Source: Macrostomum hystrix
Taxonomy: Eukaryota; Animalia; Platyhelminthes
Length of the DNA stretch: 64,000 bases
NCBI GenBank assembly: GCA_950097015.1
Contig: CATNEN010000031.1
Coordinates: 2,418,001-2,482,000 of the forward strand
Direction of reading: 5' to 3'
Within the stretch, counting starts at the first letter, position 1, and each line of letters starts with the position of its first letter. Made by a program: the position numbers and the translations under genes. A model generated the notes under the pieces. It was not told the origin of the DNA, searched no databases, and saw only the letters and a list, made by a program, of their open reading frames with translations. Positions 25,552-37,385 of the stretch are shown one piece after another.

Positions 25552-28500
25552 ATGGTGGCGGCGCCAGCAGCTCCTGGGGCAACGAAGCCTGCAACTGACA
25601 TGATCTGCCCCAGCCGTCTGGTGGAGCCGTCCAGCGGCCGTCTTCTTCTTTGGCGCCAGCTACTCGGCCGTGGCGGCTTTGCCACCTGTCACAAATTTGT
25701 CCGCGAAGAATCGCCCAGCGATGACAAATCGGCGCTGGCCGTGAAGGTCATCACCAAGGCCAGCATTCACACCCCGTTCCTGGCCGAACGACTGCGCCAG
25801 GAGTTGGAGATTCACGCCAGCCTCAGCCATCCGAACATTGTCCGCCTGCTGTGGCACCAGTCCGATGCTGAGCGGCACTACCTGGTGCTGGAGCTCTGCA
25901 GGTATCACTCGCTGTCGGCGATGCTGCGAAGGAGACGACTGCTGACACTGCCGGAGGCCCAACATCTTTGTCAGCGAGTGGCCGAGGCCTGCTGCTACTT
26001 GCATGGCCTGGGCGTGGTGAGTGGTGTCAGTCAGTCAGTCAGTCAGTCAGTCAGTCAGTCAGTCAGTCAGTCAGTCAGTCAGTTAGTCAGTCAGTCAGTC
26101 AGTCAGTCAGTCAGTCAGGCCATCAGTATATTCTCGCACAGGTGCACCGGGACATCAAGCTAGAGAACATCCTGCTAGGCGAGGGCATGGTGGTCAAGCT
26201 CACAGACTTTGGCTTGGCGGCTCGCATTATTTCAACAGCGGCGGGCGGCAACACGGTGGATTCTCGTCGCCGCACCCGCTGCGGCACAGTGCAATACATG
26301 GCGCCGGAGGTGCTGGATAGAAAGGCGGCCGGGCACAGCTTCGGCGCCGACGTCTGGAGCCTCGGCTGCGTGCTGGCAGTTCTGCTGACTGGCAAGCCGC
26401 CTGTTCGGGCAACCTCCATGGAGGCGGCGCTGCGCTCCATCTGGGAGTCGCCCTGGTCGCCGCCGGCTGCGCTGTGCCCGGTGACGCGAGCCTTCCTAAA
26501 CCGGCTGCTCCACCGGGAGCCGGACAAGAGGCCCAGCATGGCCGAGGTGCTGCGCGACCCGTTCTTTAAGCTGGAACCCCGGCTGCCCACACTGCCAGTG
26601 TCCTGCCTCAGCCAGCAGCCCAGGTAACTCTTTCAAACTTGAATGCTGTACAAATGTGCCTCATAAATCATTCTATGCACTGCTTACTTGTCTGCAGGCT
26701 AGATAGACTCATGCCAAAGCAGCAGCAGCAGCAGCCAATCAGGCGGCCCTTAAAACAGATCCAAGCGCCTGCTGTTGCTAGCAAAAAAACTCAACTCAAG
26801 CCGCAGCCGCCAAACAAAAATTTAATTTCTCGCACACCAGCTACTGTTAGTAGCATAGAATTAGCCAGGGCTGGCCAGGATGACGATCGGACCTTAGTCG
26901 AATCGACAGTTAGGAACGAACAGGCCGCCGCCGCAGGCTGTGAGCCGTTGCTAATTGCTCCCGGAGATCACAGCCGCTATCTGGTGTTGCCGCACTCGGC
27001 AGAAGCAGCTAGAACAGCCGCCGCAGCTCTAGTGCGAGCTGCTCTGACTGCCAACACTGACAATGACGCCGACTTAGTTGAATCCCCTGACCTGGCCACG
27101 CCGCTGTGGGTGGCCCGCTGGATGGACTGCACTGAGCAAGGCCTCGGCTTTGGCTACGAGCTCAGCGACGGTTCCATTGGCGTTAGATTCAACGATCAGT
27201 GCAGCCTGTTGCGTACCGCCGATGCCGCCGCAGTCGCTTCATCCGGCTGCCTGCAGTTCTACGCGGCCAACGGTTTGTACATCAACTTCTTTGTAAAAGG
27301 GGATATCTGTGTTGAGGCAGTTAGTTAGCCACATCCCAGGCAATGTCCCATCCAGTCATTTCGCAGTTATCACATGCCTTAAAAGCTGGGATTTCACTAA
27401 ACAAATCCTAAATCACCAGGTGAGGAGCAACTGCTGGGCCCGGCTGATCGTCATGCGGACGGAATGAACAAGCGGCTTCGCCTGCTGGAGGGTTTCGCCA
27501 ATTACATGCGGCACGAGCTGCAGCTGGCCGGCCCGACTGTCTCAGCTGAGACCGCCGCCGCCTCCGCCGCCGCTGCTCGGGTGCCCGCAGTCACGCACTT
27601 CAGACACCGACCTGGAGCCCACGGAGCCAGCCTGCTTTGCCTGTCGAATGGCCTCGTACAGGTGAGCTCGGTAACAGCTCTCCGACTGACCCTCTTCACT
27701 GTCTGACCCATCACCATTCACACTGATCCCTTCACTCTGTGACACATCACCATTTTCATTGATCCCTTCACTCTGGGACACATCACCATTCTCACTGATC
27801 CCTTCACTCTGGGACACATCACCATTCTCATTGATCCCTTCACTGTGTGACACATCACCATTCTCATTGATCCCTTCACTGTGTGACACATCACCATTCA
27901 CACTGATCCCTTCACTCTGTGACACATCACCATTCTCACTGATCCCTTCACTCTGGGACACATCACCATTCTCACTGATCCCTTCACTCTGGGACACATC
28001 ACCATTCTCACTGATCCCTTCACTCTGGGACACATCACCATTCTCACTGATCCCTTCACTCTGGGACACATCACCATTCTCACTGATCCCTTCACTCTGG
28101 GACACATCACCATTCTCACTGATCCCTTCACTCTGGGACACATCACCATTCTCACTGATCCCTTCACTCTGGGACACATCACCATTCTCACTGATCCCTT
28201 CACTCTGGGACACATCACCATTCTCACTGATCCCTTCACTCTGGGACACATCACCATTCTCACTGATCCCTTCACTCTGGGACACATCAACATTCTCACT
28301 GATCCCTTCACTCTGGGACACATCACCATTCTCACTGATCCCTTCACTCTGGGACACATCACCATTCTCACTGATCCCTTCACTCTGGGACACATCACCA
28401 TTCACACTGATCCCTTCACTGTGTGACCTATCACCATTCTGATCCCTTCACTGTGTGACACATCACCATTCTCACTGATCCCTTCACTCTGGGACACATC

Positions 28501-29327
28501 AACATTCTCACTGATCCCTTCACTCTGGGACACATCACCATTCTCACTGATCCCTTCACTCTGGGACACATCAACATTCTCACTGATCCCTTCACTCTGG
28601 GACACATCACCATTCTCACTGATCCCTTCACTCTGGGACACATCAACATTCTCACTGATCCCTTCACTCTGGGACACATCACCATTCTCACTGATCCCTT
28701 CACTGTGTGACACATCACCATTCTCACTGATCCCTTCACTCTGGGACACATCAACATTCTCACAGATCCCTTCACTCTGGGACACATCACCATTCTCATT
28801 GATCCCTTCACTGTGTGACACATCACCATTCTCACTGATCCCTTCACTCTGGGACACATCAACATTCTCACTGATCCCTTCACTCTGGGACACATCACCA
28901 TTCTCACTGATCCCTTCACTCTGGGACACATCAACATTCTCACTGATCCCTTCACTCTGTGACACATCAACATTCTCACAGATCCCTTCACTCTGGGACA
29001 CATCAACATTCTCACAGATCCCTTCACTCTGGGACACATCAACATTCTCACTGATCCCTTCAGTGTGTGACAATCGCAATGATCGAACGCTATCTGTGAT
29101 TGCCTAACAAACGCCAGGTGAACTGTCCAGACCACCTGAAGCTGGTGCTGTGTCCGATCAGCGCTTCGGTCACGCTGATACCGCCCACCGGATCCAACGA
29201 GAGGCTTCGAGCGTTCTCGCTGGCTGACAACGTTGCGCCGCCGTCCGAGCTTCGTGATCGGCTGCATCGATGCCTGACCATGCTGGCGCCAAGCAATGAG
29301 GACTGCAGCGAGGACTGCTGTTGGTGA
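25552..29327 (+). CDS. PLK: Divergent Polo-like kinase (kinase domain plus two polo boxes), about 657 aa
   Basis: Exons 25552-26016, 26142-26623, 26698-27272, 27420-27661, 29118-29327 (1974 nt). Kinase motifs LGRGGFA, LAVK, HRDIKLEN, DFG, APE; D-box-like RRPL; PB1 WVARWMD..GFGYELSDGSIGVRFND; PB2 NGLVQVN..DHLKLVLCP. A longer N-terminus from the acceptor at 25491 is possible. Confidence 0.9.
26026..26117. repeat. (GTCA)23 microsatellite filling most of the 125-nt PLK intron 1
   Basis: Direct reading; one GTTA variant unit. Confidence 0.97.
27706..29070. repeat. 36-bp minisatellite in PLK intron 4 (CTCACTGATCCCTTCACTCTGGGACACATCACCATT)n
   Basis: About 38 copies; source of the LIPSLWDTSPFS and SQSEGISENGDV ORFs. 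Confidence 0.96.
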
Positions 29328-30087
29328 AACTGATTTCTTAGACAAGTTTAGACAACAGAATTCCATTGGAAATGGCAGCTTAATTGCACATTTTTGTAGA
29401 CTCGTTTCAGTATTTGTGTGCTATTTGTCCGTGAAAAAAACTTCCCTCTGCTGTAGAATCCTAATTAAAAACCTTTTAGTTCGGGAAGTCGTTTTGTAGC
29501 ATTGTGTAATCATTCTATATTTATTTACATGTTTTTCTAGATTTCTTTAATTGTCAACGCATTTTCAGTTGCGACCCAATCAGCTTTTATTGTCCTTCAA
29601 ATATGATTGCCTGTGCCGTATACTTTTTTCTTAATTCACTGAGATTTCTTTTCTAAAATAGTAGCTTTCATTACACTTTTTAGATTCTTAACTCGTGTGA
29701 TATGGAAGTTTTTTGATTGCCATCAACTTTAATTAGCAAATAAAGCACTGATTTATATCCATGTCCAATTTGTGACGTCAATTAAACAGTTATAAGACTG
29801 ATATTGTGTTCAAATAACTTCTTTTTTCTTTCAAAAAAATCGCAATCTACGTTTTATGTTTTCACAAGCGCACAACTTCTCTAGCAACCTCCAAGTGCAT
29901 CCCAAATGTCCTTCATTCAAGTCAGCTGACTTCTTCCAGTGCAGGACTTATACTTTTTTAAGGCCTAACAAAACGGCCCTGTCCTTTTTCTGTCAGGTCT
30001 GTCTGTCTATGTGGACAGTTCGGTCTAGTTTTTCCATTCCACTATAGAAGTACAGGCACACTGTGTGCTGGCCACAGAACTTGCATT

Positions 30088-31307
30088 CCCCAACATCTGC
30101 AGTCCCACAGTTCAGCAATCTGCTGTCCCCAACATCTGAAACTCTGCAGTCCCACAGTTCAGCAATCTGCTGTCCCCAACAACTGAAACTCTGCAGTCCC
30201 ACAGTTCAGCAATCTGCTGTCCCCAACAACTGAAACTCTGCAGTCCCACAGTTCAGCAATCTGCTGTCCCCAACATCTGAAACTCTGCAGTCCCACAGTT
30301 CAGCAATCTGCTGTCCCCAACAACTGAAACTCTGCAGTCCCACAGTTCAGCAATCTGCTGTCCCCAACAACTGAAACTCTGCAGTCCCACAGTTCAGCAA
30401 TCTGCTGTCCCCAACATCTGAAACTCTGCAGTCCCACAGTTCAGCAATCTGCTGTCCCCAACAACTGAAACTCTGCAGTCCCACAGTTCAGCAATCTGCT
30501 GTCCCCAACATCTGAAACTCTGCAGTCCCACAGTTCAGCAATCTGCTGTCCCCAACAACTGAAACTCTGCAGTCCCACAGTTCAGCAATCTGCTGTCCCC
30601 AACATCTGAAACTCTGCAGTCCCACAGTTCAGCAATCTGCTGTCCCCAACAACTGAAACTCTGCAGTCCCACAGTTCAGCAATCTGCTGTCCCCAACATC
30701 TGAAACTCTGCAGTCCCACAGTTCAGCACTCTGCTGTCCCCAACAACTGAAACTCTGCAGTCCCACAGTTCAGCACTCTGCTGTCCCCAACATCTGAAAC
30801 TCTGCAGTCCCACAGTTCAGCACTCTGCTTTCCCCAACATCTGAAACTCTGCAGTCCCACAGTTCAGCACTCTGCTGTCCCCAACATCTGAAACTCTGCA
30901 GTCCCACAGTTCAGCAATCTGCTGTCCCCAACAACTGAAACTCTGCAGTCCCACAGTTCAGCAATCTGCTTTACCCAACATCTGAAACTCTGCAGTCCCA
31001 CAGTTCAGCAATCTGCTGTCCCCAACATCTGAAACTCTGCAGTCCCACAGTTCAGCAATCTGCTTTACCCAACATCTGAAACTCTGCAGTCCCACAGTTC
31101 AGCAATCTGCTTTACCCAACATCTGAAACTCTGCAGTCCCACAGTTCAGCAATCTGCTGTCCCCAACATCTGAAACTCTGCAGTCCCACAGTTCAGCACT
31201 CGGTTTCTTCAGCAACTGAAACTCTGCAGTCCCACAGTTCAGCACTCGGTTTCTTCAGCAACTGAAACTCTGCAGTCCCACAGTTCAGCACTCGGTTTCT
31301 TCAGCAT
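30088..31307. repeat. 47-bp minisatellite (CTGAAACTCTGCAGTCCCACAGTTCAGCAATCTGCTGTCCCCAACAA)n
   Basis: About 26 copies with 47-bp period. Confidence 0.96.
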
Positions 31308-32955
31308 CCAAAACTTTGAATACGAGCGTATCGTACGTATCGTCTCGTACATACTGAAGTATTATAGTAGATTAAAGTTTTTAGTAACTGGGCATTTTTA
31401 TATAAGCAGGTTCAGTAGGATTTGTCAATCGCATAGCTAGTATAAACACACCGGTGCGTCACGCACAATGGACTTCGAATGCGCCGCTGGACTTTGGATT
31501 TCCCTGGCCTGGACTATTTAGTATATACTCGTAGCACGGCTCCTTATCCTTCGTTATCAAATTAGCCATGCCTCTCTCTGACTCAAGTGTCATATTTATT
31601 TATACCAAGGGCTCTGTTATAGTGTCTTACGGCCGTTTTAAAGTTTACTGTCATATAGATCCTGTTTGAACCGGTTACAACAAGCCGATTGTGTTGCGAG
31701 CCTCTCAGAATATCAGAATAAGAAGGACAAGTTGTACTTTAGAGACATGCTGGATCTTTGTATGTAACTTTTTTTAATTTTTTTAATTGGTACTTCAAAT
31801 AAATCTGCACTTACAACTGGTCCGCGCACTGTCAATTTGTACCTTCCACCTGCACTACGCTCGTATGTTAGAGTGAGTGCCCAATTGTCACATTCAGCCG
31901 TCAGCATTTATAAAAACTTGACAGCAAATTATTTGATTAACCCTAGTCTCTTGCGCTTTAGTTGCAATAGCAATTATTTAATTTTCTTATTTTCCTTATT
32001 CCTTCAACAGGATCACACAGCCAGTGCGGAGTCATAAAAGTGCACGGCTGTGGGGTGAGGGACAGTGCGATTGTAGTTGAATAAACAACGCGGTATGGTG
32101 CGAGTGCCACACCCCTGTGTGAAATGCGAAATGAGAGGGGCCGAAGACCTAATACGACCACAGAGGTCGGGTGGGTCTTCGAGTGTGTTGGCTGGGGCAA
32201 ACGTACAGCCAACGAAGCCATTGCTTGTTATGCAAATTATGCTAGCTTACCCTCGACTCGAGCGCTTTGTAATTAACGGAAAAACCCATGACTCAATTGC
32301 AGTTAGAAAACTCAGATTGGGGGTGGTTAGCAATATTTTCATGAGAAATAAATGCGCATTTTTTTATCTCAAAGATAATCAGAGACTCTTTGTAATTCAA
32401 AATCTTTCGATTGGATTTTGTTGATTTCGCTTTGTCTGTTTAGAGAAATATTTCTTACGACTTATTAAAACGGTGTTTTGGACGCTATAGAGGACAGGAG
32501 ACATTTTCTCTTGAACCACCCTCTGCGCTAGAAGTAGTTGAAGATAAGGTTGTCAAAACAAGTCTGATGTACATCAATGCAAAGTGCAAGCGCTTGTCCA
32601 GCAGTAAAATGGCCCAAACGGTGAAATTCTGCTGCAGGAGTGGAGTGCTGGCTGGGTTTGAGTTAAGAAAAGAACTTTGGTTTTTCTTTGGGGTGAAATA
32701 GTGTGACAGAATACAGATAGAACGGAGGGGCGTGGCTGGGGTTGGCTGGGCCGGAGGGGGGGAGGACGGAGAGAACCGGTCCGCCCCGGTTTTTTACAGC
32801 CCATTCTTGTGTGTGCCTCTGTCAATTGGAGTGTTGGTTGCCTGTGGAGAAGAGAACAGGCCATATCGTTTGGAATAGACTGTTGGGGTTGTTACAGCCT
32901 TCCCGACCTTTGGACCCAGACCCTGTCCACATCCAGTCCAGCATTCTACCCCGGT

Positions 32956-33040
32956 GGGGCGGGGGTTGGGCGCGGTGTACACTGGCGCCCAATTATTCAA
33001 TGTACGCACCCGACCCGGGCCACCACCACCTTATAAAAAT
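32956..33040 (+). promoter_or_regulatory. Candidate core promoter of the UCP gene: GC box, CCAAT box, TATA box
   Basis: GGGGCGGGGG near 32956, CCAAT at 32989, TATAAAAA at 33032, about 220 nt upstream of the ATG in classical order. Confidence 0.45.
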
Positions 33041-33258
33041 GGCCGGCCGATCGGGCCGATCCGCTCTCTACTGCGTATTCTCTACAGTAGCCATAGAAGT
33101 CGAATGCTGGCCGAGTTGTCTCGGCGTCAAGCCAACAACTCCCATCCCCCAGATCCCCCTCTTTAGTAGTAGTAATTTATTAACGTTTAGTTTAGTAGTA
33201 AAACTACGCGCCTAAATAGCAGCAAGTAACGTATTACAAGTAACAGACCAGAAGCAAC

Positions 33259-34188
33259 ATGGCAGAACCCGGACCAGTCTCCAAGCTCCTCCTTGCCGGC
33301 AGCTGTGCCTGCGTGGCCGATGCCCTGACCTTTCCCATGGACACGGTCAAGGTGCGCATGCAGATGGCCGCAGGCGGCGCTGCCGCGGCCAGCTCCTCCA
33401 TCATTGGCACCTTCCGTAGCATCGTCGCTAACGAGGGCGCTGCGCGACTGTACGGCGGCCTCAACGCCGGCCTGCAGCGCCAGTTCGCCTTCGCCTCGAT
33501 CCGCATCGGTTTCTACGAGCCGGTGAAGCAGCTCTACATGGACAAGATGGGCGTCAATTCTGCCGTCTGCGGCCCGGCCACCCTCATGGCCATCCGCCTG
33601 CTGGCCGGCATCACCACCGGCGCCATGGCCGTGTGTGCCGCCCAGCCAACCGACGTGGTCAAGGTGCGCATGCAGGGCTCCGCCGGCCGCTATCCGAGCT
33701 GCGGGGCCGCCTATTCCACCATCTGGCGCACCGAGGGCCTCGGCGGCCTGTGGAAGGGCACCGGGCCCAGCGTGGCCCGCAATGCCATTGTGAACTGCGC
33801 CGAGGTTGTGTCCTACGACACCATCAAGACCTACCTCGTGGCGCGGCTGGGCATGCCCAACACCATCGGCACGCACTTCCTGGCCGGCCTGTGCAGCGGC
33901 TTCATCGCCACCCTGGTCGCCTCACCTGTCGACGTGGTGAAGACTCGCCTGATGAGCGCCAGGCCTGAGGAGCGCGCCGGTATCGTCAGCGTGACCCGCG
34001 GCCTGTACAGACAGAGCGGTCTGAGCGGCTTCTACAAAGGCTTCGTGCCCAGCTTCGCCCGCATCGCCGGCTGGAACATCCTCATGTTCGTGCTGTACGA
34101 GAAGGCCAAGTCCAACTACGGCCTGCTGGCGGAGGCCGCCGCCGCGCTGCCCAGGCCCCGCATGACCAAGGAGCAGCACGTGCTCTGA
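33259..34188 (+). CDS. UCP: Mitochondrial uncoupling protein, UCP1/2/3-type (SLC25 carrier), intronless, 309 aa
   Basis: Three PxDxxKxR carrier motifs; UCP-type strings AGLQRQFAFASIRIGFYE, NAIVNCAEVVSYD, FYKGFVPSFARIAGWN. Confidence 0.92.
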   Translation: MAEPGPVSKLLLAGSCACVADALTFPMDTVKVRMQMAAGGAAAASSSIIGTFRSIVANEGAARLYGGLNAGLQRQFAFASIRIGFYEPVKQLYMDKMGVNSAVCGPATLMAIRLLAGITTGAMAVCAAQPTDVVKVRMQGSAGRYPSCGAAYSTIWRTEGLGGLWKGTGPSVARNAIVNCAEVVSYDTIKTYLVARLGMPNTIGTHFLAGLCSGFIATLVASPVDVVKTRLMSARPEERAGIVSVTRGLYRQSGLSGFYKGFVPSFARIAGWNILMFVLYEKAKSNYGLLAEAAAALPRPRMTKEQHVL

Positions 34189-35225
34189 ACAGCTCGACGC
34201 CTCTCCAAAGTCACACCGCGGAGACACTGCCCGACAACAAGGAATAAATAATGGAGCCTCGAACGCTATCAATGTCCCCACGCCCCACCCCGGTCTGTCT
34301 GTCAAAATCTGATCATCCACGTTAATAACCAGTAGACTCGCTGCTGCTGCTTTATTTCGTTTTAAATAGGACGCATTTACTACGGAAAAAAAAAAACAGA
34401 GTAACTCTATCACTGTCTAATAGCTACGAATTTAATCACCGCACTTAATTAACATTTCTGCAACTGAGTGCCGCGATCCTTCCACAGGCGAATGTTCAAC
34501 ATCCACCGATGCTAATTAAATAAATCAGAAAATAGATTGAACTAATATCATCTGCTGCGGAATCGATTCCAACTATTAGTAAAGCAAATTTTTGTTTCCT
34601 TTGTGCGATATTAATATTATTTCCAACTCAACAACTATTCTACGCGCGTGTGTGCAAGGTGATTAAGAGATCAAAACTTTGCACTTCCACATGTACCTGT
34701 AACCTGTACTTAAAAAATTTAGATGTCGAAATTCTAGGAGTGCCTCCTCCTAGCTGTAGTTGTTAAAAAATTAAATAGTTTTTCTAAAATATTAATTCAG
34801 CCGTAACAGCGATTTGCAGTCTTTGTCCGTTACGGATGCATGTTTATAAAGAACATCTTGGGAGATTTAGAAACGGGAAAATGACCTTTAAAATAGAATT
34901 TTCTCTTGCATTTTGCGTAATTGTAAAAATACTTTAATGGCGAATATTTCTAATTTACGCGACTGCTTTCTAAAATTATAAACTAACATTAGCACTGTGC
35001 CTACTATAAGTAGCAATAATCGATTTTCTGTCTGAATAGGCTATAGGCATTATAGGCATTGTCTACTCATCACAGATTCTAGCTGTGACTACTGTGGCTG
35101 AGGATAATTTGCCATGGAGGATCACAGGCCTAGATTCAACCTGATCAACCTTTTCAGCTGTTAAATGTCCCCAGCCAGATCCAGCTTTTCAGAGGGCCTA
35201 TTTTATTGCCCAACCTGAACTCGCC

Positions 35226-35684
35226 CAGCTCTTTAGGCCTCTGCCTGTTTTATTCCCAAATCCCCAACCAAAGTCAACCAGCTCTTCAGGCCTCTGCCTG
35301 TTTTATTCCCAAATCCCCAACCAAAGTCAACCAGCTCTTCAGGCCTCTGCCTGTTTTATTCCCAAATCCCCAACCAAAGTCAACCAGCTCTTCAGGCCTC
35401 TGCCTGTTATATTACCCTCCTGAAGTCAACCAGCTCTGCCTGTTTTATTCCCCTCCTGAAGTCAACCAGCTCTGCCTGTTATATTCCCCTCCTGAAGTCA
35501 ACCAGCTCTGCCTGTTATATTCCCCTCCTGAAGTCAACCAGCTCTGCCTGTTATATTCCCCTCCTGAAGTCAACCAGCTCTGCCTGTTATATTCCCCTCC
35601 TGAAGTCAACCAGCTCTGCCTGTTATATTCCCCTCCTGAAGTCAACCAGCTCTTCAGGCCTCTGCCTGTTATATTCCCCTCCTG
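35226..35684. repeat. Compound minisatellite: about 3 copies of a 53-bp unit, then about 7 copies of a related 36-bp unit (CCTCCTGAAGTCAACCAGCTCTGCCTGTTATATTCC)
   Basis: Both units share GTCAACCAGCTC and CTCTGCCTGTT. Confidence 0.92.
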
Positions 35685-36054
35685 AATTGAACTAGCGCTC
35701 AGGTGATGCCAAAGCGCCAGACGTCGATAAAGGGATGGACTTGTTTGCCCTGCGTGGCCCCTTAAAAAGCACAATCTGTTACTACCCACATTTTTCTATT
35801 TTCAGCACTTTGCTATTGTTTTTGTGGTCCTTGCGAGATCCAATGCGTAAAGAAACAAGCACAGCCTCAGGACACGATAAAAAAGTTACAAGTTTTTTTA
35901 TTCCAGGTTGGGCCAGACTAGGCCGAAACAAACAGACCAAACTATTTTATTTCTCAATTAGTTTTGCCCGCAAAAACTCTTCAAAGCTTTCGCATTAAGC
36001 GCCACAAGCTGAATTGGGGAAAGGCGACAGTCAGACTTAGAAGCCAATCAGGTT

Positions 36055-36447
36055 CTAAAAGAAGTAGCCCAGAATCTTGCCGCCAAGATGCTTCCGCCTG
36101 GCCTCCTCATGGTCCATGATGCCGCCGGAGGTGGTGAGCACAATGAAACCGAACTGACGCGACGGCAGAATGGCGGAGATCCACTTCTCCATGTCCTTCA
36201 TGTGGATGTCGTATCGGGGCGACACCACGCTGCACTTGTTCAGCCGCCCATTCAATTCTACGACAATCTTGCCGGATCTGTGGTCGTCAATGACTTCAAA
36301 GTCGCCGATGTAGTTCTTGCGCTGCATCACCTGCAGGAAGCGGATGATCACCTTTGAAGAGGGCCGCAGCAAAACCTGCCGTTTGCCCTTTTTCTCGGCG
36401 TGCACAATCCGATTAAGGGCGTCTGCCAGCACTGACATGCAAACCAT
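36055..36447 (-). CDS. RPS15A: 40S ribosomal protein S15a (uS8), intronless, 130 aa, divergent
   Basis: [61 protein letters not shown]; true start is the second ATG of the listed ORF. Confidence 0.93.
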   Translation of the reverse strand: MVCMSVLADALNRIVHAEKKGKRQVLLRPSSKVIIRFLQVMQRKNYIGDFEVIDDHRSGKIVVELNGRLNKCSVVSPRYDIHMKDMEKWISAILPSRQFGFIVLTTSGGIMDHEEARRKHLGGKILGYFF

Positions 36448-37226
36448 GGCGCTGCAAGTGGCATTGGAAGTCATTTATTTTTTATCTATACCCTGTACGC
36501 CAAGATTAATGGTTTTTTGAACAACATTTGAAGTATTTCAAATCAATTAAAACGAAATGAATAGTTACTGAAAGCCTAGTAGCAGTGTTGCTACTACTTA
36601 ATTAATAAAGATTTCCCCAGCTGCCAAAAAAGTTACATACTACAAGGTTTACAAGGCTTTCAGACAATAAAGTGTCCAGGAACTGATGCGAATGTGGAGG
36701 CTCAAATATTGTTCTAATCAAACTTTAGAATTTACATATAATCGAAGAATCACAATAATGACAATATCAATGATAGTCATACTCATACAGAGACCATTCC
36801 AAATTTTGATCATTCCAGCTCTGAATCCTCTGTTGCCGGGTCTCACAAGGAAATGAGCATGAGGCATGAGACTTCAGAATCACTTCTGTTATTTATGTTA
36901 GTCCCTATGAACCATAATCATGAAAACCATGTTAGCTATGCCTGTGCTTATGCAACAAAAATGTGAAAAAGATGACAAGGACTTTGAACTTTAGATAGCT
37001 TTTATTTATCAATAATATTATTAATTACATTTTAGGGTCATCAATGGGATGAAATATTTTTTCTACCATAGTTTCATGCTCAAATTGTTTAAAACAGATT
37101 AATCAACCTTTTCTAAGCAGTATTTTATGATAGTACCCTTGCATGAGTTTCAATGTGCCACAGGATATTATAAGAATTTAATCTAGTTGTCACTTTCTAT
37201 TAAGAAAATAGTCATAAATTAAAAAG

Positions 37227-37385
37227 TATTATAATTAATTAATACTAATTAATTAATAATTAATACTAATTAATTAATAATTAATACTAATTAATTAATA
37301 ATTAATACTAATTAATTAATAATTAATACTAATTAATTAATAATTAATACTAATTAATTAGTATTATTAATTAATAATTAATACT
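37227..37385. repeat. AT-rich 21-bp tandem repeat (TAATTAATTAATAATTAATAC)n
   Basis: About 6 copies plus a partly inverted terminal copy. Confidence 0.9.

Noticed and set aside
27542-29366. Long repetitive ORFs on both strands
   Set aside because: 36-bp array inside PLK intron 4; flanking exons join in frame without it
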